Positions 1 to 10,939 of a stretch of 64,000 bases of DNA are shown here, piece after piece. Source of the DNA: Vicugna vicugna (taxonomy: Eukaryota); NCBI GenBank assembly GCA_013265495.1, contig MU058584.1, positions 7,096,407-7,160,406 of the forward strand, read 5' to 3'. Made by a program: the position numbers and the translations under genes. A model generated the notes under the pieces. It made no database searches, had not been told where the DNA came from, and worked only from the letters and a program-made list of their open reading frames with translations. Position 1 is the first letter of the stretch. Each line of letters opens with the position of its first letter.

Positions 1-102
1 CAAACTTCAAATACTCAGCCTATTCCTATATTGTATGAACATCAGCTGGGCCAGGCGTCAGGACTCGGAGGTTCCCAGCTCATCGATACACATCTTCTCC
101 AG
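1..102 (+). CDS. PRRC2C: PRRC2C coding exon (5' end outside window)
   Basis: Frame 1 reads QTSNTQPIPILYEHQLGQASGLGGSQLIDTHLLQ, then the donor CAG|gtacgg; recognised as PRRC2C C-terminal region. Confidence 0.9.
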
Positions 103-330
103 GTACGGCAGGGACCAGAGTCATGCATTGTCACTGTATTCCTATGCAACAGGTTATTTAAGGAAAGTAATTTTTAAAGAAAAATTGTTAAAAGACAGAT
201 TGAAAAAAACAAATCTTCATTTCTATCTAATAATAAAATTCTTAGAGATTGCTTTGAAGCCATAACCTTGATATCTGAATTGGAAATTTTTTTCAATCTT
301 ATTGCTGTTTTCTTACAAATTTTTTTCTAG

Positions 331-438
331 GCTAGAGCGAATCTTACCCAGGCTTCAAATCTTTATTCTGGACAAGTTCAACAGCCTGGTCAGACAAATT
401 TTTATAACACTGCCCAGTCACCGAGTGCTCTCCAGCAG
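331..438 (+). CDS. PRRC2C: PRRC2C coding exon (108 nt)
   Basis: Acceptor ttttttctag|, ARANLTQASNLYSGQVQQPGQTNFYNTAQSPSALQQ, donor CAG|gtaaac; phase 0/0. Confidence 0.92.
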
Positions 439-1530
439 GTAAACTATGGCATGGTAAATTTCCTCAGTTTTCTTTACTATTATTGTCGATGTCACTGTTG
501 CTGCTGCTTTTGTTGTTTGAGAGTTTAAGTAGAACCAGGATTGGGAGGTGGTGCAGTGGTTTCAGACTTTTCTCTGAGGTGTCCTTAGGAATTCCATGGG
601 GCCCACTGGCAGTGGGATGTGCGTCATTCCTCCAGCACCCCTCTCCCTACGCACACTTCAATCAATTATACTTTTTACCTCTTTTTAAAATGGGTTTCTT
701 TGTAATCACTTATTTTTACAAAGATTCCACAAATGTAAAAGTTTGAAAACCATTGTCCAGGATATACACTTACACGTAAGTGTGGTGAATGCTTTACCCA
801 TTTGTGCTAGAAGTGAAGGAAGACTGAAGACCACCATACTGGTTAATATAACATGTAGGACTTTGGCAGAATCTGACAGAGTATAAATGATAAACACGTT
901 TCTTCAGCATATCAATGTAATTATGTTCAGTGAAAAAAATGTGTTTTTATAAAACTGTCCCCTCCAGCAATGTCATTAGCTTCCTCTTTGAAAGGTGGTG
1001 AAGGGCTAGAGGAGAGACACGCCATTAGTCATTTCCTCACAACTGTTTTTGGGGGCTGTTTTAGGCGGGGACAGTTCAAAATATATCACCTTATTGACAT
1101 TCAGATTAACTACTGTTTGTATGAAAACTGAAAAGAAAGTTCATTTTTCTTGTCAAAGCTCATTTTGACCAGACCCGAAATGGCATAAAAATGTCTATTT
1201 GGGAAGTTGTAACTACTTCCACTTGTATCCTCATGATTTGACTGTATTTTGTGGTTGTTTGACGTAAGCTGTGGGTTAGTTCAAAGATAGTCATAATTAT
1301 TTCATTTATATAGTTTCTTCACAGCTACTCTGTTTTATTATTGCAGCTTTAATAAAAGAATGGAGATAGTCACTAAGCAAAAAGTATATATATGAAATAG
1401 GTTAACAGATTGAAGTATTCTTTTCAAAACCTTACTCAACAGTATTGGAAGAGTCATGTATATAGTTATAGGGACATAAATGCAACAGGTCTAAGCAAAC
1501 TGCTGCAGCTTCTGTTTGCTTCTTTGCTAG

Positions 1531-1749
1531 GTTACAGTACCTTTACCAGCATCCCAGCTGTCCCTGCCTAATTTTGGATCTACGGGGCAGCCTTTAATTG
1601 CTCTGCCTCAGACTCTTCAGCCCCCGTTACAGCATACGACCCCGCAAGCACCGGCCCAGAGCCTGAGTCGTCCTGCGCAAGTAAGCCAGCCTTTCAGAGG
1701 GCTGATACCTGCTGGAGCGCAGCACAGCATGATCGCGACCACAGGGAAA
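1531..1749 (+). CDS. PRRC2C: PRRC2C coding exon (219 nt)
   Basis: Acceptor tctttgctag|, VTVPLPASQLSLPNFGSTGQPLIALPQTLQPP...MIATTGK, donor AAA|gtaagc. Confidence 0.92.
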
Positions 1750-2152
1750 GTAAGCACGGAGAAATTCATGGAGTTTCTTTGAGAATTTAAGGTCATGGTT
1801 TAAATATATGCATAAAATAAAATGCATGTTTTTACCACCCTCTAGGAAATGTCAAAGCTCAGTGTACTTATGTTTTATCTGCTCACTTTTAATGTGGGTT
1901 TTACCTAATAACCTATATACCTAATAAAGAATTCGTATATTTTTAGGAAGAAGTAGATTTACACGGTCTCTTAGACTTTTCAGCCACAAATTTGGCTCTG
2001 ATAATTCCATATTTGAAACCTAATAATAGAATTTTTGTACTTAACGTTCTTTTCCCTTTGCCAGATAAAGTTATCATGTATAGAATACTAAACACAGCAC
2101 TTTAGTTTATGGAATTACAGAAATGTTAAGTTTATTTTATGCTTTTTCTCAG

Positions 2153-2256
2153 ATGTCTGAAATGGAACTAAAAGCGTTTGGAAGTGGCATTGACATAAAA
2201 CCAGGCACACCTCCAATCAGCGGTAGAAGCACCACACCAACATCTAGTCCCTTCCG
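2153..2256 (+). CDS. PRRC2C: PRRC2C coding exon (104 nt)
   Basis: Acceptor tttttctcag|, MSEMELKAFGSGIDIKPGTPPISGRSTTPTSSPF(R), donor CG|gtaaaa; ends in phase 2. Confidence 0.92.
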
Positions 2257-2646
2257 GTAAAATGGGCATTTAAAGTTGCTTGTAGAATTTCCAAATAATT
2301 GAGCACCATTTGTTTATTAGATGCTTAATATGTCTCCTGTCTTGTAGTAAGCACAAGACATTCTGACAGTTTTATCCAAGATTTTAAACTATTCAGTTAC
2401 TAAGAATGTATTTGTTATACTCTACCTTAAGAAGAAAATTTTAACCTAGGGCAAAACTAGCTGGTATGCTTTCTCACGTCTGCACCTCCAGTGTCTCTCC
2501 ACTACCTAGGTGAGTCGGTAACTCACCTTGGTAAACTTTCATCAACTACCAAGTATGATGGGTCTACCAAAAGCAGTGTCTCTAAAAATCTAACAGCATC
2601 ATTTATGTGGCATTACTGTACTGACCAGTGACGGCTTCTTTCCAAG

Positions 2647-2773
2647 GGCTACTTCCACAAGTCCGAACAGCCAGTCCAGCAAAATGAACAGCATTGTCTA
2701 TCAGAAGCAGTTCCAGTCAGCCCCTGCCACTGTGAGAATGACCCAGCCATTTCCTACACAGTTTGCACCCCAG
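2647..2773 (+). CDS. PRRC2C: PRRC2C coding exon (127 nt)
   Basis: Acceptor ttctttccaag|, (R)ATSTSPNSQSSKMNSIVYQKQFQSAPATVRMTQPFPTQFAPQ, donor CAG|gtgggc; phase matches the previous exon. Confidence 0.92.
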
Positions 2774-3641
2774 GTGGGCAGATACGAGTGAGAAATGAGT
2801 ATTATTTACTTGCAAGTGATTGCTAATCTGGCTAATTCTCTGATTTTATAATTTTGCCGTATTATGACCAGTTTAGAAGCACAGTTTTCAGTGAGCAGCA
2901 GTTTCTTACTTAACAGTACATGTATGACATTCAAATGTATTCTCTGCAGTTTTTAGCTAGGCACAAGTAGTAATCATGTAGTTCTAAAGCAGACAATAGA
3001 AATAGAGTCAAAAGATTCCCCACACAGCTCTGATCGTTTATTTCAGTCCTGATCCTTTTATCTTTTTGAAGAAGTTGACTTTTCAGAGAAGGGTCCCAGT
3101 GCTTAATGTTTTCTAGGTTTAAAGTTGTCTTTTGTTTTTCTTTTTAAAAGATAACTGTGTGGTTGAGGTGGGAATTCAAAAAGACGTTCTAATATATGTA
3201 TAAAAATGTTGGCGTCTCTTCCATTTGCTGATCACATGGAAGGACTAACTAAAGCTGATGAGCTCTCACAGACTTGTTGAATTAGTATTATTTTCATTTA
3301 TCTTCAGATTGTGTTTGGTATAGGTATGTGCCTTTTCTGCAATTACATCTTTTTAAAAAGAGACCCTAATTAATAGTCTTTCTATCCCCCCTTCAGAATG
3401 TGTGGCTGGAGTACTAGAACCAGCTGAAGTGCCATAGCATGCTTTGTCTCATTTTTCTGTTAGATTCTCCAAGCATGGCCAGTTTGTTCTTGGTCCTTGC
3501 AGTAGAATGGCACAGACCCATACACGTCCCTTCACTGGCAGGATGGGCACAGATTTACTCTGGGATAAGCCAACCCAGTCTAGTTGGCAAATTTTTTTTC
3601 TTTAACAGTTCAATGTTGTATGTCTTGTTTTTTTCACTCAG

Positions 3642-3878
3642 ATTCTCTCTCAGCCTAACCTGGTCCCTCCATTGGTAAGAGCCCCACATACTAACACCTT
3701 CCCAGCGCCTGTTCAGAGGCCACCAATGGCACTGGCCAGTCAGATGCCTCCTCCGCTGACCACAGGCCTCATGAGCCATGCTCGTTTGCCACATGTAGCC
3801 AGGGGTCCTTGTGGATCACTATCTGGAGTCAGAGGTAATCAGGCCCAGGCTGCGTTGAAGGCTGAACAAGACATGAAG
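3642..3878 (+). CDS. PRRC2C: PRRC2C coding exon (237 nt, 79 aa; probably an alternatively spliced cassette)
   Basis: Acceptor ttttcactcag|, ILSQPNLVPPLVRAPHTNTFPAPVQRPPMALASQMPP...AEQDMK, donor AAG|gttagt; phase 0/0, so it can be skipped in frame. Confidence 0.85.
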
Positions 3879-5942
3879 GTTAGTACAGTGTTAACAGCCA
3901 ACAGAGCAAGAATCTGTCTCTGAACCATGTCTTAAGATGCCTCTGGACCCATAACTGCATATCCAGGCATTCATTGTCTTAGCCGACTTAACCAAACTAA
4001 CTACTTTTATTCATTCCTCCCCCCACACACCTTTTTTAGTTTTTGTTCCTCCCTGTTCCCTCCACTTGTTTTTGTTTTTGTTTTGTTTTTTTTGCAACTA
4101 TAGTCAGTAAACAAGTTAACATTTTTAATTCTGTGGCCAAGTGAATTGCTCATGAAATAAATATTTGAGGGAGATTTGAGCTTAGATGCTACATTTTTTT
4201 GTTTTCAGAAGAACAAATAAGTAACAGGTTATTATAGGCTTCCCCATTTTCTTCCTTTTTTTGTTTTGTTTTGTTTTGTTTGTTTTTCTCCCTCCCTCAC
4301 CCCACCCCCGTCCCCATCCTCCCATCCCAAAATATCAGTCATGGTTATGTGAAAACTCTGGACTGGGTAAGACATGTTACCCTTCTTGATTTTTCTCCCC
4401 TCATGAGTCATCCAAGTATATTTTTCTTCTCAGACTGTTTTCATGCCATCACCACCACCACTGCCACTACCACCCCCTTTTTTTTTTTTGCCTGTCACCT
4501 GAGGTGGCCGTATTCCACAGCAGAGTGTGCAGTTATAGATGAAGAACTCAAAAAAGCACTTTGGGATCCTTCGTGATAAAAGGCACTGATAAACGTGAGG
4601 TTTGCTAATGCAGAAGGGTGCCTTTAGGAGTCTGTGTGGGGACAGTTTTTAGAGCACGAATCTTACCTGTCTGCCTGTACAGCTAGCTGAATCAGTTTAT
4701 TTCTGTTTCTGTATTTACTTAGACTTGACTTTAGAGATCTTGGTAATTTTGCCAGTTTTGTCACTATGTATATCAGATCAGACTAGAAGAAGGAAAAGCT
4801 TGCTGCTTCCAAATGGGAGATGTCCATAGTAATGCTTTCCTCTGAATTAGAAACCTGTTTATGATAGTCCTGTTAGAGAGTTCACCTGACTGACCAAAGT
4901 TTCCTTCTGGGTTGATAGCCCTTGTTTCTGATCCTGAGTAATCAAATTTATAGACTACCCTGCAGTGAAACTCTTGTTAAATGTTACCCACTTTGATTAA
5001 GGCTCTGTGCCTAGGATTTCCATCCATTCATAACTATTAAAAACACTAGCATGTGTAGAAATCTTTGGAAACCATTTGGCTGTGGTTTCCAACTCTCCTG
5101 CCTTCTTGGCACTTGATTTTCATACATCCCCATGTTGGAAATAACATTAGAGCTTAATAATAGGATGGGGAAGGGTACAGATTTCTTAAAAATTGCTTCA
5201 GATCTTTGATTAGCACAGGTTACCTGTAGAACATGAAGAGCTTTGTTATGTACTAGGGGCGTAGACACTGCAGCGCTAATTGTGTATGTAACAGTGGTAT
5301 AATTTACAGATTAACGTAAGTATGTTCTTTGGGGGCAGAGTCAATAAAACTAGGAAATTATTTTACCAGCTCAGAATGTGGTAGGAGCTATCAGAACTTA
5401 GTGATCAAGTGAAGTTGTAGTTACTAATTTCTGATGCTCTTCCCCTGCAGAAGAGAGCTGTGGGAAGAGGACTCAGCCACAAGACATTTGGTCCTAGGTG
5501 TTGGTAATGCCACAATATAAGTGCTTCCTTTTCATTTTATTGTAGACCACATATTGATAACTAGAAGTTCTTAAAGTATTACATATATGTTTTCAGATTT
5601 ACAAGCAGGCTCCCTAAATGAAATTCGATGTCAATAAGCTTTGTTCCAGAAAAGATACAGACCAACAACAATTTCTGTTTTATTATTTTATAAAAGGGCA
5701 AACTGACAAGGTGGTGGGAGGTGGTCCTATTCTTTTCAATTAAAAAAAAAAATCACATGGAATGTTTTCAAAGATAGGAAGAAATCTATCCATTAAAAGC
5801 CGAAAGGTCAATAAGGTACTTTGGGGCCAAACCAACATGGGGAAAGCTGATTTGTGATTGGTAAGAGAATTTGAATGAGCTTGATTAACAGGATTTGGTG
5901 ATGCTGCAGCATTTTCAGTTGTTGTTTTCTCATTTTTTTAAG

Positions 5943-6200
5943 GCAAAGCAGAGAGCAGAGGTTCTTCAGTCCACGCAACGGTTCTTCTCTGAACAGCAAC
6001 AGAGCAAACAGATAGGAGGCAAAGCCCAGAAAGCGGACAGTGATTCAAGTAAACCTCCTGAAACACTGACTGACCCTCCCGGTGTCTGTCAAGAAAAAGT
6101 GGAAGAAAAGCCACCCCCCGCACCCACCATGGCCACCAAACCTGTTAGAACTGGACCAATCAAACCTCAGGCGATCAAAACCGAAGAAACAAAATCTTAA
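5943..6200 (+). CDS. PRRC2C: PRRC2C terminal coding exon
   Basis: Acceptor catttttttaag|, AKQRAEVLQSTQRFFSEQQQ...GPIKPQAIKTEETKS*, TAA at 6198-6200. Confidence 0.93.
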   Translation, partial: AKQRAEVLQSTQRFFSEQQQSKQIGGKAQKADSDSSKPPETLTDPPGVCQEKVEEKPPPAPTMATKPVRTGPIKPQAIKTEETKS

Positions 6201-7880
6201 AGGCTGTGGTTCATTGCAGGGGGCTGGGGGAGGGGAGGGGGAAAGAGGGAGAATGAAGTCAGACCATGCCGGCAGCCAAAGGGGTAAAATGGTCTCTGGC
6301 GTTATCCTGTCCAGAACTCAGAGGTGCACGAGGAACACAGGAGCAATTTACACTGACACACAGCCGCTGCACCGGGAAAACAAGGCTTTGCCCGCTTGCA
6401 CCTACTGTGTAACACGCACTCTGCTGACGGCCATACACCTTCAGTCAGAATTTATATACAGATATGTGCACATATTTCTTGAGCGCATATAATTTAGAAC
6501 TAAAATTCTTACGCTAGATAAAACACGAGAAATACGAGGGAAGTAACACTGCAGAGGAATAGCTCAGCCTGAACAATGTGATGGTCCTAGCTAAGACATC
6601 AGATGCAGTGTCTTTGCTCCCTTATGTTCTTTGGATGTGGTTATAGCATTTATAGGCTTGGTGGTGAAGAACAGAAGATACTTGGTGCTGGATAGAGGAG
6701 CCTTATTTTTTATTATGGCAGCTTGCTATTTTTGTAACATGATGATTGAGTTGAACACAATCAAAGTACAGTAACTGATCTTCCCTTCTTCCTGGACGAG
6801 TGAGCAGATGATGAAATACTGATGTCGGCATCCTTGAGCATATCCAAGTGGGCAGAGTTTGGCTACGGCTTCTGTTTGAAATGATGCTGTGTTTGGATTG
6901 TGGCCCGAAGCTTTGAAGTGATGCTCGGCATCTCCTTTCTTCCATGGAGCTCTTACCATTCAGACATGACAGAGCTGGTAAAATACTAGTTAGGCTGAGT
7001 CTTGCTTGCCTCTACTCAGTCATCTTTGTATGAATCCAGTGGGGTTTTTTGTTGTTGTTGTTGTTGTTGTTTTTCAAACGGTTTTTAGCTGATGTTCATG
7101 AAGAGCAGTGAGTACCTAGAACTGTGCCACTAAAGAAAGGAAATCCTGTCTAAGAAGGTGCATCTCTGTGCCAGAGCTGTGTCGTAACCATCCTTTGGGC
7201 CCTCTGCTGGAACAGTAGAATCAAATATTGAATAATGCCTTTTTAATTATATCCTCTAGTATTAAAGACGTAGGACAGTCCTGTATCATACCTCTGTGAA
7301 TGTAAGATACCTTGTACCTGCTTTATGATACGTAGTAGTGACCGTGCTTTATCAGAGCTGTTTTTAATGACGTTATTCTAGAATGTTTTCTTTCCAGATG
7401 ATGATTGAAAAGCTAATTAAAAAAAAAATGGTGCCAGGTACCACAACAGTAACAGAACTTAGCTGTTTTCTGGGGTTTTGTTTTTTTACTTTTTTTTTGA
7501 TGGCGTGTGCTGGATGTCTCTGTAATTTTGTTCAGATGACTGCAGAACCTGGAAAGGCTGTGCTGCTATTGACGCATAACATACTGCTATTGGTCTTTTT
7601 ATATAAATAAAATAAATAAATCTATATATATATATACATATATATATATATAATTTGAATTTTTGGAAACTTTAGCTGTGCTGTCAACTTTGGAAAAAGT
7701 ATCCCAGTTGTACTGTGTTGGGTTGGCATTGTACAGAAATTAACAGCCATATTGGTCTAGAAATGTTCAACATACTTTTTTCCATTTGTACAGGGGTAAC
7801 GCACTGTATTAAATATATGTAAGGTCTTATCTACACGGGTTTGATTACAGAAACTAATAAAGTATTCTCTAAATAATGAA
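6201..7880 (+). other. PRRC2C: PRRC2C 3'UTR
   Basis: Follows the stop codon, has no interspersed repeats, and ends shortly after AATAAA at 7856-7861; exact end inferred. Confidence 0.75.
7856..7861 (+). terminator. PRRC2C polyadenylation signal AATAAA
   Basis: Canonical hexamer (aaactAATAAAgtattct) with TGTA elements upstream. Confidence 0.7.
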
Positions 7881-9955
7881 TCTTGGAACTTCTTATCCAT
7901 TCCTAAAATTTGAAGCAAGAAGGTTTTTCACGTACCAAAAATGTGATCAAGACTACATCATGCAAGGGCTATAAAGCTTGTTCTGTCAGGGTAAAGGTCG
8001 CCATAGAGGGTAACAGTCACGGCCCCTGTTCTCGGGGTGGCCGTGATCACACGGAAAACATACTGTCGAGGAGAGGAGGAGACAAGCCTCTCGTGACGAT
8101 GCCTAGTGCTGGATGTGGAAAGCAGTCTCACCAGTCCTCTGGCCAGAAATTGGAGGACCCAAAATGGATCTCAGTACTTAGGTTTGTATTTTTCATGCTT
8201 TTGCTAGCACATTCATTGCTATTATCACCCATACAAGCCGCCTGTAGGAGAATTTGTTGTATCATTTATTCTGTTGGTGAAGTACTGAGGAATTTCAGTT
8301 GGCTAAAATCCTGCATCCAGAATACATGGCTTCCAGACACAGCTTTAGGAAAACTAGTAATTCTGTCACTAACAACCCATGTGCCCTCTTTACTCATAGA
8401 AACTGTGTTTGATACTTAAACACATTTAAAATACTCAAGTACTAATAAACCCTTGCCATCGAAGCTTTTCAGTCTCAGGTTTTCCTCAAAATGTACTCTT
8501 AAGTTGTGATGGAGAGAGGTTGGGGACACAAAGCTGTACCAAAGAGCTGTAGTCACTGCTTCACACGTTGCCTTCTTTCTAACTCACCCATCACCACTGT
8601 CTTTCACACTCTAGTCTTTAAGTTCAGTCCTCCTGAATTCTGGGGCTGACACAAGCTGACCACCTGTATGGCCTCGCACTGTCCTCATCTACAAGCCGCG
8701 GGGTGTGTGCTGCTCGGTTGTGTTGTGTTGAGACCGCCGGTCCCTTAGGCCCTTTGCTAATGAAGATCTGCAGGGGGGAAGATGGCAGCAAAGGCAGAAC
8801 AGAGTAAGATGCGTGTACAAGTGCTTCTCCACAGGATGGGTCGTATACGTTCTGTGTCTGGCTTCTCCAGCTTCTGACACAACCCAGCAGATGCTGCAGT
8901 TAGTGGTTGACAATAGGTTTGGTCACATAACGTGGACACTGTCTGCCCCTTAAACGCTTCCAGCAGTGGGGAAGAAGGTGTGTTTTTGTTCTTACTAAAT
9001 TGTTTTGTGATGGAAGAGTGATTAGGGCTGTACAGTTGGGGAATGAGAGGTGGGTATAATTTGAAAAGGCATTTAATTGACTTGTTTTCACAGTACATGT
9101 TACAGACAGTTAAGCTCCAACATACTATTGGGTAGAGGTAAGATGTAGAAAGTAGGTTTGGAATATATCAGGCTTTAAAGCTGAAAGTAGACTCTCAGAA
9201 CCTAGCTGTATGAGGCCTGTCTCATCTGACACATCCTCAGTGATTCTTCATGCTGCCATCACAGCGTATTTCATAGCTTAGCGTCTGTACTGTTTTCACA
9301 TTCCCTTTCCAGTCTCTTTTCTAGCCATAGTCTGCACTTAACCACAGTGGACCTATTTTTGAAAAGCATCTTAATCTGATCCTATTTTAGGTGCTTTGAA
9401 GAAATTTCAGCCATAAAATTTCTGCTTGAGAAATGAAACAAGAATTAGGCAATGATGTCTTAAAGTTAAACTGATCATCCTAGCGTTAGCAGGTTGTTTC
9501 TCCCACGTCGTCAAAAGAAAACATTTCCTTGCACTTTTCCTTCCTCTGTGATGCACGCCCTGAGGCGTAAAGCCGAGTCTGCTGCTGTCTTATCTCAGCT
9601 GTGCGTACGTGCCTGTAAAAGTTATACCCGGCTTGCCCATCTTGCAGAGATTGAGGACATTTGAATAACATTCAACGTAGAGTGCAAGAGCCATGAACCT
9701 TTGTTTTTGTAGGAACGGCAAGATAACAGTCCCTAGAGGAGCCTCCTCTTTGGCTGTCAGTTCAGGGCCTCCTGTGAGGCCCAGTACGGCGCCCATCCTG
9801 TTCTCCCAAGAGCATCCCTGTCGCTCCTTCGCCCTGCATATCCTCACAACACTCCCCCGTCACCTGAGATGTCCAGCAGAGGAGGTTCTGTGCCCCTGTT
9901 GCAAAATTAGTGATAGTATCGGTGGTATGTTTTCCTGCTGTTTCTCATTTTACTT

Positions 9956-10068
9956 CTTTATTTTTTTTTTTACCTTTTTTTTTTAATGGAGGTACTAGGC
10001 ATTGAACCCAGGACCTTGTGCATCCTGAGCATGCGCTTTGCTTTACCACTGAGCTATATCTCCCCCCC
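9956..10068 (-). mobile_element. tRNA-derived SINE (camelid vic-1 type)
   Basis: Reverse complement has a tRNA-Ala-like head (agctcagtggta...gggttcaatgcctagtacctcca) and a poly(A) tail. Confidence 0.85.
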
Positions 10069-10939
10069 TCCCCATTCTCGCTTTATTTTGTTTTGTGAGT
10101 GGAAAATTGTAGCTGTTAAGTTTGTGAACTTTGGTGCCAGGTAGACCACGTTTTGAACCCCAGCTTTTTCACGTGTTATCTCGCAAGTAGCGGCTAACTC
10201 CCGCTGTGGTTTCATTATTGTTCACGTAAGAGACACAGACTCTCTTACTGCCGAGCTGCTGGTTTGCCAGGGTCTTACCGCTCTGAAGTGTAAACTTCAT
10301 GTCTGGATGTCAGGATTGAGACACACGTTTGAGATAATCACATCGTAAAGGATGACCAGTGTAGGAGGCAGTGATTTTTTCCTGGATTGTATTGCTGTTA
10401 ATCAGTTCAGATGTATCGGATGACTACAAACTTCCCAGGGGTTCTTAGGTAAAAGCTCAGGCTGTTCTCCATCCAAAGCCATTGGGCCCAAACAGCAACA
10501 AACACAAAACAGACCATCTTAAGACATCAGTGCAGTCACTGCATCCCTCCTGAATTTACATTCAGTAATTGACCTGACGTATTCAAACTCAAGACAGAAA
10601 ATTTGTTTATATTAGACTTTAGTAATCATAAGGCTGAAGGAAACAGATGGGAACACAATGCTATTGCAGATTCTGATTTGATTTAAGTAATTATTAGGCT
10701 CCTACTAGGAACTCACTCTGCCAAGCCCTGGGAGAGGAGAAGGGAAAAATAAGGCTCCCACTTTCAAAAAATATATAATTGGGTTCATAAGGAAAAGGCT
10801 TACATTCATTGTATTATATGAGGGGCAGGATACACATGTTCATACTCATTTCTGGGCTAAATGCATACATTTAAACATTTAAAAATGCTAAAAAGGGGAG
10901 GAGGGGTAAAATTAGGGACTTTTGCAAATAGTTTCTCAA

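Noticed and set aside
4579..4645. scaRNA-like hairpin with a UGAG (CAB box) loop
   Set aside because: No correctly placed H box or ACA box; the GTGAG is better explained as a 5' splice site
6082..6492. 136-aa alternative-frame ORF overlapping the PRRC2C last exon
   Set aside because: Non-ATG start and no recognisable protein; no evidence beyond an open frame
7910..8419. 169-aa + strand ORF after the PRRC2C poly(A) signal
   Set aside because: Starts at TTG, has no recognisable domain and no splice context; probably a chance ORF
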